Origin: Candidatus Pacearchaeota archaeon
GTDB taxonomy: Archaea > Nanobdellota > Nanobdellia > Pacearchaeales > GW2011-AR1
DNA length: 64,000 bases
Direction of reading: 5' to 3'
Assembly (NCBI GenBank): GCA_050303855.1
Contig: JBNLCO010000010.1
Coordinates: 30,207 to 94,206, forward strand
Below the pieces are notes generated by a model. That model saw only the letters and a program-made list of their open reading frames with translations. It did not search any database and was not told the origin of the DNA. This document shows positions 1 through 10,166 of the stretch, piece by piece; position 1 is the stretch's first letter, and each line of letters opens with the position of its first letter. A program made the translations under genes and the position numbers.

Positions 1-229
1 AAAGCCTTGAAGAGGGTTGTGAATGGTATGGCACTTCTGCTGCTTTAATGCAAGGAAAGATTAGGACAAAGATTGAGGCAGATAAAGATGCAGATAAATT
101 ACTTAGGGGTATGAAAAGAAGAAATGTATATCTTCATTTAAATCCGTTTAATTATTTTAAAAAAGAAAAACCGTATGGATGGTATAATTTTATTGAAAAA
201 AACGAAGATAAAAAATAAAATAAAAAAAA

Positions 230-487
230 ATGATTCCATTAGAAATTAGATTGGTTTCTTTTACATATTCAATAATCGATTATAAAAAAGAATATAATGA
301 AGAGGTAGATAATCTTGCAAAGGAGGAGATTGAAAAAATTAATATTAAAAATTCTCTTTGGCCAGGAGATAGGGTTTTAAGACAATCATTGGACAAAGAA
401 GGAAATGAATATGACACTATTTGGGTTTATTTAGGAAGAAATTATTTTAAACAAATATCAAAAACATTAGATAATAGAACTTGTTGA
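230..487 (+). CDS. hypothetical protein
   Basis: 85-aa ORF with no recognisable motifs. Its upstream gene lies outside the window. Confidence 0.3.
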   Translation: MIPLEIRLVSFTYSIIDYKKEYNEEVDNLAKEEIEKINIKNSLWPGDRVLRQSLDKEGNEYDTIWVYLGRNYFKQISKTLDNRTC

Positions 488-489
488 TT

Positions 490-2940
490 CTACTTTTTTA
501 CTTTAACAACCTTATAATTTTTGAATTTCTTGACATGTTCTAATTCTTTTTTTAGAATTTCTTTATTGATTTTGTTTTGTTCTTTTAGTGATCTGTCGTA
601 TCTATCATAGATTTTATCTCTTCCGAATTTTATTTCGCCTCTAATGTTTAATACCCTAAATAAGAATGCAATAATTAATGCGATGAAAATTGCAAGGATT
701 ATTCCCCTTACCAAAGAATCTTGTAAGAAGTTTTTGAAATTAATTGTTCCTTGAAGTAAATTAGCTAGGTAAACTATTAATCCAATTCCTGCTACAATTA
801 TTATTGCTGTTAAAATTATCTTTGAGAATTTATGTTTTAGTTCTGATCTAGAATTTAACCCTGCAATTACAACCCAAAGTAAAACTAATAATGCAATAAT
901 TGAAATTATTTTTAAGATCTTTCCAAATGCAGTGTCTGAAAGGTTTTTGGGCCCAAGATTGTCTGTATCTTCGCTGTCTGGAATTCCATCCCCGTCTGAA
1001 TCTGTTCCGCTAGGAACTTCAAGAGAAGCATCTCCAGTTATATAATTTGATCCTGAAGATCCCGAACCAGAGCTTGCTGAAGCATAGTTGGTTACAAAAC
1101 TGTCGTAGAAATAATCCGTTCTTGATCCTAAATTATAGTATCCTGCTTCACACTGGAAGATATAATTTTGAGTTCCACTAAAAGATGAAGGGACTGCAAT
1201 TGTTTTATTTACGGTGAATAAAGTCCTATTAATCATTTGGTTGAAATTTAAAGAATTATAATTAGAAACTCCATCATATAAATAACAAGTAAAATCAACT
1301 TCTTTCTCTACTAATTGTGAATCTTCAACTTGTGCTGAAAGTTGACAGGTAATATCACTTCCTGCTGCAGCGTAAGAAGGACAATCAACCGCTAGATGGA
1401 ACGTTCCTGTTTTATTGCTTATGCCTTCAAGAGCAATAGCCTGACGCTCTTCAAAATCATTAAAGACGATAGTTATATTGTACCATCCGCTTTGGTTAAG
1501 ATTTTGGTCACGTAATTCTATCTCAAGATTTCCCTCATCAGTAAACTCAAGATAAGGAGTTATATTTCCTCCAGTCAAATTTACTACGCTTATTGTCTTT
1601 ACATATTTGGAAATCAAAAAGTTATTTAAATCGATTCCTCTCATAATCTTTCTCAATCCGGTATCAAGATTTTCATCTGAGGATATTAATCTTATGTCTA
1701 TGTTGCCGTAGTTACTTCCATTCCAATCTTTAAAAGAATCTGCACTTAAATTTACTATTGAATTAAAAGTTAAATTGGAAATTTGGGACCAATCTGTGTT
1801 TATGTTTAATTCTGTGCTGTTTATGTAAAAAACGTTACTCGTTATAGGATAATCTAGGATCTTCTCTCCATCTTCCCCTATAACCCATACATTTGAAGAA
1901 GCGTAACAGGTACTGTTTGTACCTTCGTAGGCTCTTATCTCGGGGACAACGAATTTTTTACATTGCATTTGAGTAGTATTGGTGCTTATACCTCTCTTAT
2001 CGTATGACTCTCCGTCACTAAATATAAGAACTCTATCAAGATCATTATTATTATCCGATCCTACAGAACATCTTGCTTGATAATCTATCTGTAATGGAAT
2101 TCTGTATGAATAATTAGAGTTGGTTATATTCGCACAGATAGTTATGAAATCTCTTAGATCATAAGAGGATTTGTCTGTAACAAGGTTTAAGGTCAGATAA
2201 GTTTTTGTAGTGAAAAAATTCTTTGCAGATCCGATTGAATTCTCTACAGGGACCCCCTCTTCGTCAATACATTCGTTTTTACTACCAGCAGAACCACAAA
2301 AACATTCTACACTATATGCATAATCGGTCCCCTCATTAAATCTGCTTGGAGGAAGTATGTCAGACACATCTAGTACCCCTCCAATTAAAGTCCCATATGA
2401 TTCAAGCAAAACTTCAGTCTCATCGTTACTGAGGGCTGTTACATGACATAATCCTCCAGAAATTCTTTTAGCAGTTTCATCTGTGACTATGGCTCTAACT
2501 GAAGCAACCAGTCCCAAGAATCCGCCCCCAAAAGTAGTATTAACTATTTCAAGTGTCGCATTTCCACCGCTTCCCAAAGCAGTAACATTTGCGGAATCAT
2601 TTTGAGTAATGGTTAACCCCGTTCCATTCATTGAAGCGTTTAAAAAGACTCCGTTTGGCCAGGTAGAAGGTATTGTGTAAGATTGATAGAACAATTGATC
2701 CACAATATTGGCCGTAGTTCCAGAATCTGTTTCTACAATAGTCCCATTTTGGTATGTCCAGGTTAAGGTATATGCAGTATTTTTCTCAGGATTTGTTGAA
2801 CAAGACATTGCCGCCGTAGCTGTCTCCCCTCCAACATAAAATGTTTTATCTAAATTAACTGTACAGGCTGCAGATAGGGTAGATAAGAAAAACAGGGCAA
2901 AAGCTAGAGCTACAACCAAAGAAGAAATTCTTTTCACCAT
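490..2940 (-). CDS. large secreted/cell-surface protein, S-layer-like, probably heavily N-glycosylated
   Basis: 816 aa. N-terminal signal peptide (MVKRISSLVVALAFALFFLSTLSAAC). Dozens of N-x-S/T sequons. The C-terminal part has an SGSGSSGS linker, a DSDGDGIPDSEDTD acidic patch, two TM helices and a K/E-rich tail. Confidence 0.6.
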   Translation of the reverse strand: MVKRISSLVVALAFALFFLSTLSAACTVNLDKTFYVGGETATAAMSCSTNPEKNTAYTLTWTYQNGTIVETDSGTTANIVDQLFYQSYTIPSTWPNGVFLNASMNGTGLTITQNDSANVTALGSGGNATLEIVNTTFGGGFLGLVASVRAIVTDETAKRISGGLCHVTALSNDETEVLLESYGTLIGGVLDVSDILPPSRFNEGTDYAYSVECFCGSAGSKNECIDEEGVPVENSIGSAKNFFTTKTYLTLNLVTDKSSYDLRDFITICANITNSNYSYRIPLQIDYQARCSVGSDNNNDLDRVLIFSDGESYDKRGISTNTTQMQCKKFVVPEIRAYEGTNSTCYASSNVWVIGEDGEKILDYPITSNVFYINSTELNINTDWSQISNLTFNSIVNLSADSFKDWNGSNYGNIDIRLISSDENLDTGLRKIMRGIDLNNFLISKYVKTISVVNLTGGNITPYLEFTDEGNLEIELRDQNLNQSGWYNITIVFNDFEERQAIALEGISNKTGTFHLAVDCPSYAAAGSDITCQLSAQVEDSQLVEKEVDFTCYLYDGVSNYNSLNFNQMINRTLFTVNKTIAVPSSFSGTQNYIFQCEAGYYNLGSRTDYFYDSFVTNYASASSGSGSSGSNYITGDASLEVPSGTDSDGDGIPDSEDTDNLGPKNLSDTAFGKILKIISIIALLVLLWVVIAGLNSRSELKHKFSKIILTAIIIVAGIGLIVYLANLLQGTINFKNFLQDSLVRGIILAIFIALIIAFLFRVLNIRGEIKFGRDKIYDRYDRSLKEQNKINKEILKKELEHVKKFKNYKVVKVKK

Positions 2941-3017
2941 CTTTATTTATTTTATTAAGCGTAACGGATTTATAAAATTATAGACTACAAGAATATATTT
3001 TGGATAATTATTTTAAA

Positions 3018-3395
3018 TCAATATATACTCGAAAAGACTATCAAAGAAATGGCTAAAGCTACAATAAGTACTGCAATTATTATGGCGATTATTTTTATTA
3101 TTTTTTGAGATTTGCTCAAGTCTTCCCAACACATCTTCTTCGGTTTTTTCCATTTGCTTTTATTAGCAAGACCAATTACTGTGAAGATTATGCCAATTGT
3201 TAACAATCCAAAATTATTTGAAGTTATTGCCAAAGGTATTCCTATGGCTATCCAAACCACACCCATAACAAACCAAGACCTATAGTCTACTTTGATTGTC
3301 TTGGACTTATCTTTGCTTTTAACTATTATCAAGATTATTGCAAAAATTATCAGCAAGACTGCTATTGAAATTATCATCCAAGGTATTGCTGCCAT
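3018..3395 (-). CDS. small integral membrane protein
   Basis: 125 aa with four hydrophobic helices. Confidence 0.45.
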   Translation of the reverse strand: MAAIPWMIISIAVLLIIFAIILIIVKSKDKSKTIKVDYRSWFVMGVVWIAIGIPLAITSNNFGLLTIGIIFTVIGLANKSKWKKPKKMCWEDLSKSQKIIKIIAIIIAVLIVALAISLIVFSSIY

Positions 3396-3460
3396 ACATT
3401 GGATAAGAAATAGAAGTTTAAAAAATTAATTAAAAAAATAAAGATTGAGTCTACTTAATC

Positions 3461-3649
3461 TTATTTAGATAAATAGTAAATTCCCCAAAGACCTGCAAGA
3501 CCAACTACAATATAGATAATCCTTGCAACAACAGATCCGACTCCGAATATTGCGTCAACAAGATTCCAGTTCCAGACCCCTACAAGTCCCCAGTTTAGAC
3601 CTCCAATAACCAAAAGTATTAGAGCTATCCAATCCAAAGTGCTTTTCAT
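3461..3649 (-). CDS. DUF378-family small membrane protein
   Basis: 62 aa. The motif WIALILLVIGGLNWGLVG...VYIVVGLAGLW is typical of DUF378. Confidence 0.55.
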   Translation of the reverse strand: MKSTLDWIALILLVIGGLNWGLVGVWNWNLVDAIFGVGSVVARIIYIVVGLAGLWGIYYLSK

Positions 3650-3792
3650 TTCTTCACCTCCTTTTCTCCTCTTTTAATATAATTTATGTAGGAAATACTA
3701 ATATAAAAAGGTTATTACAGGGTATTGATGAATAAAATCAGAGTTATTTTTAAGTTCAAAAAATTTATTAATCAAAACGCACTCTTTGGATA

Positions 3793-4242
3793 ATGTTTAA
3801 AGAGGTTTTACAAAATTTAGATTTGTTGGAGTTTTTTCATTTTGTTGGGATTATTATTGGATTAGGTGCGGTCACGGTTATAGACACCATGGGTTTTTTC
3901 TCTCGGAAAAATGTTAAGAAAACACAAGATACAATTTCTGCGCATCATACAACAAAGCCGTTGATTTGGATTGGAACGATTATTGTTTTGGTGACTTGGA
4001 TTTTAATTTTATTTTCAAAGAATTTTAATCTTGGTTTTGTTGAAATTTGGAAAAGTGTTCTTTTGGGAATTATGATTTTGAATGGCGTGTTTTTATCATT
4101 TGTAATTAGTCCTTCGTTGAATAAAAGAATCGGGGTGAGGAAATTGTTGCCAAGAAATTTGCAGGTTAAAATTGGGATTGCATTAGTCATTAGTTTTTTG
4201 AGTTGGTGGAGTTTTGTTATTTTGACATTCAGTCAGATGTGA
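3793..4242 (+). CDS. integral membrane protein
   Basis: 149 aa with about four TM helices. Confidence 0.45.
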   Translation: MFKEVLQNLDLLEFFHFVGIIIGLGAVTVIDTMGFFSRKNVKKTQDTISAHHTTKPLIWIGTIIVLVTWILILFSKNFNLGFVEIWKSVLLGIMILNGVFLSFVISPSLNKRIGVRKLLPRNLQVKIGIALVISFLSWWSFVILTFSQM

Positions 4243-4261
4243 TTTTATAGTTAAAATAAAA

Positions 4262-4741
4262 TTACCCAAAACCAATTATCCAATTCAAAATTCCTGCGAA
4301 AGCAACCCAAAGCCAATATGGAAGAATTAGCCATGAAGAAAGTTTCTTGATTTTCCACGTTGTTAAGAAAATTGCTCCGATTGAAAGCCAAAGTAAAATT
4401 ATTTCTGCGAATGCGAGTTTTGGAAGTTTTAATCCGAAAAATAAAATGCTCCATAAAAGGTTTAATGCAAAATTTATTCCGAAGACAATTGCGATTTTCT
4501 TTTTTTGAGGTTTGGTTTTTGAATTTATCCAAGCGATGTAAAGTGAAATTGAAATCAATAAAAACAAGATATTCCAGACAATTGGGAAGACAAAACTCGG
4601 GGGAGTTATATCTGGTTTAATTGATTCATACCATTCAGAGTTTGTGTTTTTAGAAGTGAAAAGACTTCCAACCCCTCCCAGTAGAACGAATACAATTAGA
4701 AGGCAAAAGATAAGAATTTTTAAATTAAATTTCTTCTTCAT
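4262..4741 (-). CDS. tspO: TspO/MBR family tryptophan-rich sensory protein
   Basis: 159 aa, five TM helices, Trp-rich. The WYxxLxKPxxxPPxxVFPxVWxxLY segment and the C-terminal LPYWLWVAFAGxLN segment are characteristic of TspO. Confidence 0.6.
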   Translation of the reverse strand: MKKKFNLKILIFCLLIVFVLLGGVGSLFTSKNTNSEWYESIKPDITPPSFVFPIVWNILFLLISISLYIAWINSKTKPQKKKIAIVFGINFALNLLWSILFFGLKLPKLAFAEIILLWLSIGAIFLTTWKIKKLSSWLILPYWLWVAFAGILNWIIGFG

Positions 4742-4932
4742 TATCTCTTTTTTTCAAACAAATTGATAATCGCGAAGAGTAAAAATCCGACTCCAAGTCC
4801 AATAAACATTCCTTCTACAAGTTTATTATAAAGAAAACCAAACCCAATTCCAATGAACAAACCTGCTGGAATAAATAAAGATCCCTTACTTCTTTCTTTA
4901 TGAGGTGTTTTGTTTTTTGAGTATTTTTTCAT
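4741..4932 (-). CDS. small membrane protein
   Basis: 63 aa with a basic N-terminus and two hydrophobic helices. Its stop overlaps the tspO start. Confidence 0.4.
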   Translation of the reverse strand: MKKYSKNKTPHKERSKGSLFIPAGLFIGIGFGFLYNKLVEGMFIGLGVGFLLFAIINLFEKKR

Positions 4933-4954
4933 ATCTGGATTAGGATAATCCCAT

Positions 4955-5545
4955 TTATAAAATCTTCAGTGCGATTAGAAGGCTTAGCAAAACCAAACCA
5001 AAGACAGTTATTTCTTTTTTGTATTTCAATCTATAGAATTTTGAAGAGAAATAAATTATAACCGTTAATTGGATTAAAGTTCCTAGTATTATCCCAATTA
5101 TTACAGGTAGGGTGTTTGGTATTGCAGAAAGGAAAACTCCAGAGTATGCGATAGTATCGTCAAGTATTGTTGCAAATGCGGTTATAAATCCGAACAACAT
5201 TAATTTGAAGAAACGTTTTCTTGAAACTCTTTGAACTTTGTGTATCTTTTTTCTTATTTCTTTTTTTGGTTTTTCAGTAAATAAATTAAATTGTATTGAC
5301 ATTGCAAGAATAAAGATTAGGGCTGCAGAAATGTAATGTATATAAGGGATTGATTTTATCAAAGATGCGAAAGTGAAAGCAACGAACATCACAAGCAATA
5401 TTGCAATAAGGATCCCTATTGCAAACGCATAACGTCCTTTTCTTGTTTTTGTCATGCTAGACATGATAGGAATTCTAGTCATAGTATCATCAAATCCTGC
5501 AATTAGTTTTACAAATAATCCTGAAAGAAAATACTTTATCACCAT
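4955..5545 (-). CDS. CadD/Cad-family-like membrane transporter
   Basis: 196 aa with about five TM helices. It carries GFDDT and ILDDT motifs after hydrophobic segments, as in the Cad family. Confidence 0.4.
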   Translation of the reverse strand: MVIKYFLSGLFVKLIAGFDDTMTRIPIMSSMTKTRKGRYAFAIGILIAILLVMFVAFTFASLIKSIPYIHYISAALIFILAMSIQFNLFTEKPKKEIRKKIHKVQRVSRKRFFKLMLFGFITAFATILDDTIAYSGVFLSAIPNTLPVIIGIILGTLIQLTVIIYFSSKFYRLKYKKEITVFGLVLLSLLIALKIL

Positions 5546-5595
5546 GATTTTATACCGAGAGTAAACTTTTTAAAGAGTTGGATTTAAGTATTAAT

Positions 5596-5870
5596 GTAAG
5601 TCAGGTAGTTAACTTCGGAACTTTGACATTAAATTGTCGAGAGGTCTTATGATATGATTTCTAGGTTCTGAGGAAGGTCCGGACACCACAAAAGGTTGGC
5701 GGAGAAATTCCGTACGTCGTGAGGCGTGGCTCTGGTATAGAGACGAGCGTATTAAGTTACGATGGAACGAGCATCCCAACTGGTGCAAGGCTTTATGCCG
5801 CATAGTTGAATGTTAACACTTTCCGTCTGAATACAGGGAAAGACAGAATCTGGCCTATTCCTGGCTTACA
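5596..5870 (+). ncRNA. rnpB: RNase P RNA (archaeal type A-like), probable
   Basis: GAGGAAGGTCCGGAC matches the P4 CR-I core (AGGAAAGUCCGGGC). ACAGAATCTGGC...GGCTTAC matches the ACAGAAACCCGGCTTA CR-V element. The 5' GTAAGTCAGG and 3' CCTGGCTTAC ends can pair as P1. It sits next to a tRNA in non-coding context. Confidence 0.55.
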
Positions 5871-5961
5871 TTAACTTTAAAAAAAGAATCTTTCTATCTA
5901 ATGTATAAGGGACCTTAGCTACATAACCCTACGGGGCTGAGCTAAAGTTCTTTAGAAGAAT

Positions 5962-6033
5962 GGGACCTTAGCTCAGCGGGAGAGCATATGACTGAAGCTC
6001 ATAGTGTCCTGGGTTCGACTCCCAGAGGTCCCA
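5962..6033 (+). tRNA. tRNA-Phe (anticodon GAA)
   Basis: Cloverleaf: acceptor GGGACCT/AGGTCCC, D-arm GCTC-AGCGGGA-GAGC, anticodon arm TATGA-CTGAAGC-TCATA (GAA at positions 34-36), T-arm CTGGG-TTCGACT-CCCAG, discriminator A. Confidence 0.85.
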
Positions 6034-6092
6034 TCTCTTTTTGAGGCTTGTTTTCACAAAACATTTATAAAAGATTATTATTTACTTAGTTT

Positions 6093-6356
6093 ATGAAAAA
6101 GAGTGATATGAATTCAGGCGAGCATCTAAGATCACATTCTGGTTTTATAATTGGAATTGTAGCGATTGTTTTGGCAATCTTTAATCCAATCCCAGGAATT
6201 ATATTGGGAATCATTGGTCTTGTTCAAAGCACTAAACAGAAAGATATAATTTCTAAGAAAGCTAAGAAATTCAACATAATTGCGATAGTTTTAGGTGTTG
6301 TTATTGCAGTTCTTTCTATTGTTTTGGCAAGCTTTATTGCTAGCATAGGTGCTTGA
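6093..6356 (+). CDS. small membrane protein
   Basis: 87 aa with two TM helices. Confidence 0.4.
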   Translation: MKKSDMNSGEHLRSHSGFIIGIVAIVLAIFNPIPGIILGIIGLVQSTKQKDIISKKAKKFNIIAIVLGVVIAVLSIVLASFIASIGA

Positions 6357-6366
6357 GGTTATTGAT

Positions 6367-6915
6367 ATGAAAAGGGTGAATAAAAAAGGTGCAATGGAAA
6401 TGTCCGTTGGGACGATTGTTACTATAGTTCTTTTAATGGCTGTTTTAGTTCTTGGGTTAACTTTGGTTAGACAAATATTTAGTAGTTCAAAAGGTGCGAT
6501 AGATTTAACCGATCAACAACTAAGAGACCAAATAGGCAAAGCATTTGGTGCAGAAGATCAGAAAATTATTGTTTATCCAGAATCAAGATATATTGAAATA
6601 AAACAAGAGGATAGAGATGCTATAGGTATTGGTATAAGAAATCTTCTTGAAGGTGTTTCTGGAACACAAACATTCTCTTATGAAATAAAAGTTGGTGAGA
6701 GTACTTGTGGAAATGCGGATGCTTTAAGTTGGATTGAATTAGGAAAATCAGAGCAGAATATTCCAATTCCAGTTGGAGAGTATGCGTCAAGAAAAGTTAA
6801 CTTTAGAATACCTACTGGATCACCTTTGTGTACGGTTAGATACAGGGTGGAAGTTGGAACAAGTTCAGGAACTTATGCTACTGACTTCTTTGACTTGGTT
6901 GTTAAAGCTAAGTAA
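6367..6915 (+). CDS. archaeal type IV pilin-like protein (class III signal peptide)
   Basis: The N-terminus MKRVNKKG|AMEMSVGTIVTIVLLMAVLVLGL has a basic segment and a KG|A cleavage motif followed by a hydrophobic helix. The ORF table start at 6349 lies upstream in the same frame. Confidence 0.45.
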   Translation: MKRVNKKGAMEMSVGTIVTIVLLMAVLVLGLTLVRQIFSSSKGAIDLTDQQLRDQIGKAFGAEDQKIIVYPESRYIEIKQEDRDAIGIGIRNLLEGVSGTQTFSYEIKVGESTCGNADALSWIELGKSEQNIPIPVGEYASRKVNFRIPTGSPLCTVRYRVEVGTSSGTYATDFFDLVVKAK

Positions 6916-6946
6916 GTATTTTAAATAACTATTTCTTTAAGATTAA

Positions 6947-8278
6947 ATGAGTTTGAAGATTTATAATACATTAACCAGAAAGAAGGAAATATTTAAACCA
7001 GTTAAGAAAGGTTTTGTAGGAATTTATGTTTGTGGACCCACGGTAAATGATGTCCCACATTTGGGTCATGCTCGTTCTCAAATTTCCTTTGACATCTTAA
7101 GAAGATATTTGAAATTTTTAGGATATAAAGTAAAATTCGTTTCTAATATAACAAATATTGAGGATAAGATAATTAACAAGGCGGAAGAATTAGGTATTTC
7201 GATAAAAGAATTAACTAAGAAAAATTATGAAGAGCATACTAAAGATTATTCCGAACTTGGAATTGCAAAACCAGATGTCCAACCTTTTGCAACAAAATAT
7301 GTTAAACAAATGATTGATTTGATTAAGAATTTGGAGAAGAAAGGTTACACCTACATTGTTCCAGAGGATGGAGTTTATTTTGAGATTGATAAATTCAAAG
7401 ATTACGGAAAACTGTCTCATCAAAATATTGAAGAGTTAAGAAAGGGTGCAAGAGTTAAAGATAAGAAAAAGAAAAACAACAATTTTGTTTTATGGAAATT
7501 CTCTAAACCTTCTGAACCCAAGGAAGCTATTTGGGAGAGTCCTTGGGGAAAGGGAAGGCCGGGGTGGCATATAGAATGTTCTGCAATGAGTCATGCAATA
7601 TTGGGATTACCTTTAGATATTCATGCAGGAGGACAGGATTTAATATTTCCCCATCATGAAGATGAAATTGCACAATCAGAAGCAGGTTATGGAAAGAAAT
7701 TTGCAAATTATTGGATGCATAATGGGATGGTGAATATTGACAAAGTTAAAATGTCAAAGAGCTTGGGGAACTTTAAGACAATAAGAGATTTATTGAAAAA
7801 TTATAATCCGGAAGTAATAAGATATTTTGTTATATCTAACCAATATAGAAAACCAATTGATTTCTCAAATAAGACTTTAGAGAATGCTAAGAATGCTTAT
7901 GATAGATTGAAAAATATTTGTTCTGAATTTAAGGACGATAAAAAAGAGAATAAAAAATATCTTAAAGAATTTGAAGAAGCAATGGATGATGATTTGAATA
8001 CCCCGAATGCATTGCAAGTTTTATGGAAATTGGTTAGAGATGGCAAAGCTTCTGGAAAATATAAAACAATAAAGAAAATGGACGAAGTTTTTGGATTAAA
8101 TTTATTGGAAAAAGATAAAGTGAAAATCCCTTCTGAGATTAAGAAGCTTGCCGAAGAAAGAGAGAAAGCAAGAAAAGAAAAAGATTGGAATAAAGCAGAC
8201 TCGTTAAGGGACGAAATTAAGAAAAAAGGTTTTGTTATAAGTGATACCGATAAAGGTTGGGAGATTAAGAAAATATGA
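6947..8278 (+). CDS. cysS: cysteinyl-tRNA synthetase
   Basis: 443 aa. Class I HLGH (HIGH) and KMSKS motifs. The N-terminus M-L-IYNTLTR...VCGPTV is typical of CysRS. Confidence 0.9.
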   Translation: MSLKIYNTLTRKKEIFKPVKKGFVGIYVCGPTVNDVPHLGHARSQISFDILRRYLKFLGYKVKFVSNITNIEDKIINKAEELGISIKELTKKNYEEHTKDYSELGIAKPDVQPFATKYVKQMIDLIKNLEKKGYTYIVPEDGVYFEIDKFKDYGKLSHQNIEELRKGARVKDKKKKNNNFVLWKFSKPSEPKEAIWESPWGKGRPGWHIECSAMSHAILGLPLDIHAGGQDLIFPHHEDEIAQSEAGYGKKFANYWMHNGMVNIDKVKMSKSLGNFKTIRDLLKNYNPEVIRYFVISNQYRKPIDFSNKTLENAKNAYDRLKNICSEFKDDKKENKKYLKEFEEAMDDDLNTPNALQVLWKLVRDGKASGKYKTIKKMDEVFGLNLLEKDKVKIPSEIKKLAEEREKARKEKDWNKADSLRDEIKKKGFVISDTDKGWEIKKI

Positions 8279-8466
8279 AAAGAATAATGAGGCCAAATTG
8301 GATGTTAGGTTTTTTAGGGTTAATTGGAATTAGAGGACTTATAGCGGCTTTTTCAGGCGATTGGGTTAATGCATCATGGATGTTTTGGTTTGTTTGGTTT
8401 ATCTATTTTATTCCTATAACTAGAAAGAAAAAATAATTTTATAAACTAGTTTAACTTAATTTTGTT

Positions 8467-8955
8467 ATGAAGGTTAAAGAGGTGTTGTTAGGTGTAATCA
8501 TTGGTGTTGTGTTACTGATGTTTTTAGTTTTTGGGACAAAATTAATTTATGAAAAACCCCAGTATGAAGATTATTGCGATAGCGGAAATAGGTACCTTAC
8601 GTTAGATAAATTGAATGATAGTCAGGTTCAAGCCCAAAATGAATTCTTTAGAGCTTGCCAGGACAATTATGATGAAGCAAACGAAAGATATTCAAAGAAA
8701 ATGTTTGTTCTTAGCCTCATACTAGGGATTGCCATAATTGTTTTATCGACTATCTTTATTGACCTTATGACAGTTTCGGGAGGATTGATGTTTGGTAGTT
8801 TAATGTTTATAATTTACGGAACGGGCAGTTATTGGAGATATATGAATGATTGGACGAGATTTGCCATACTTGGTGTTTGTTTGGCAGCTTTAATTTATGT
8901 TGGATATTGGCTGAACAGAAAAGGAGATAAACCGAAAAAGAGGAATAATAAATGA
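8467..8955 (+). CDS. membrane protein, hypothetical
   Basis: 162 aa with an N-terminal TM helix and C-terminal TM helices. Confidence 0.4.
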   Translation: MKVKEVLLGVIIGVVLLMFLVFGTKLIYEKPQYEDYCDSGNRYLTLDKLNDSQVQAQNEFFRACQDNYDEANERYSKKMFVLSLILGIAIIVLSTIFIDLMTVSGGLMFGSLMFIIYGTGSYWRYMNDWTRFAILGVCLAALIYVGYWLNRKGDKPKKRNNK

Positions 8956-10118
8956 AGACAATAACGTTTGGTGGATGGTACCAAAGAACAACAATGCATC
9001 TTACGGAAGTTTTTGAGTTTCTTATTGAAGGAAAGTCAAGACTTGGTTTAAAGAAGAAAAAATTATTGGAATTGCATAAAGGCCTAGATATAAAAAGAAT
9101 AGAGAGAAAATCAGATTACCTTGAATATATTGAGATAAAAACAAACAAGGACTTAACAATTCGTTACTATGAAGATGGTCTTTATATTCTTGAGAAACAA
9201 GAAAAAGACCTCGAGAAAGATGGAAAAGAATTGAAGGCCTATTTCTCTGAGAAGTTTAAACCTGCGATCGAATATTTATTCTCTCTTGGGGCTCCAACCC
9301 CAAAAATACTTGCAAACATAAAAGAGGAACACCCTCTTGTAATAGGAGAGAGTGTTACAAGCACTAGAACAAAAAAATTGAATGAGAAAAAATATGGAAA
9401 AGTATATTCAGACACTTATTCTAAGAATGTAAGAGTTCTTAAGACTAAAAAATATATTATAGTTTTATCTTCAAGAAAAACTCAAAAGGAATTATCAGAC
9501 TTGATTGAGATGCAAATATTTTTTAGGGAATTTAAGTCACAACTACACAAATACCTTAACATCCATAGAGAATTATGGGAGGAGATATCAAAAATAAAAG
9601 AACAAAAAGAAATCTCTGGCGGAAAAATTTCGGATTACAAATCAAAGTTAGAAAGTTATGATAAAACTGTAAGTTTGATAAGTAATAGAATAAATCAGAT
9701 GAGCACTTATGCAAAGACTAGATCTTCTTTATCTAAACAATTAGGTGTGGAAGATAGTTTAATTGCCCATTTCCAGTATAAGTATGAAGATTTGTTTAAT
9801 AGCCTCGAATACATAAAAGAAATATGGAAGATGACAACAGGTTATGTTAATTCTGCAATACAGATAATGAGAGATCTTGAAGGCAAGACAACAAATAAGA
9901 ATTTGAAGTCAATACAACTTCTTGCAAGTATTGGAGTTATAACAGGTATATTAAGATATATGAAACAAGATTCTGTTTTACCTCCTGTAAACCTTAACGG
10001 TTTACTTTATATTGCAGGTTTGGGGCTTATTGCTTTAATCTTAGATTGGTATCTTACTTATAGGGCTAAAAAGAAAAAATACAAACTAAAATTTGTTAAT
10101 AGGACCGAGGACATATAA
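8952..10118 (+). CDS. hypothetical protein with C-terminal membrane anchor
   Basis: 388 aa. Its start overlaps the preceding stop. Two C-terminal TM helices. Confidence 0.4.
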   Translation: MKTITFGGWYQRTTMHLTEVFEFLIEGKSRLGLKKKKLLELHKGLDIKRIERKSDYLEYIEIKTNKDLTIRYYEDGLYILEKQEKDLEKDGKELKAYFSEKFKPAIEYLFSLGAPTPKILANIKEEHPLVIGESVTSTRTKKLNEKKYGKVYSDTYSKNVRVLKTKKYIIVLSSRKTQKELSDLIEMQIFFREFKSQLHKYLNIHRELWEEISKIKEQKEISGGKISDYKSKLESYDKTVSLISNRINQMSTYAKTRSSLSKQLGVEDSLIAHFQYKYEDLFNSLEYIKEIWKMTTGYVNSAIQIMRDLEGKTTNKNLKSIQLLASIGVITGILRYMKQDSVLPPVNLNGLLYIAGLGLIALILDWYLTYRAKKKKYKLKFVNRTEDI

Positions 10119-10166
10119 GAAAAGAATATAAAGGAAACAATATTCATATATTTTGTGAGGTGAGAA

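Noticed and set aside
5609-5803. 64-aa ORF on the minus strand
   Set aside because: It lies entirely inside the candidate RNase P RNA. It has a Cys/His/Arg-rich, non-protein-like composition.
7211-7423. 70-aa antisense ORF inside cysS
   Set aside because: It is embedded antisense within a well-supported aminoacyl-tRNA synthetase gene. Its composition is hydrophobic and low-complexity.
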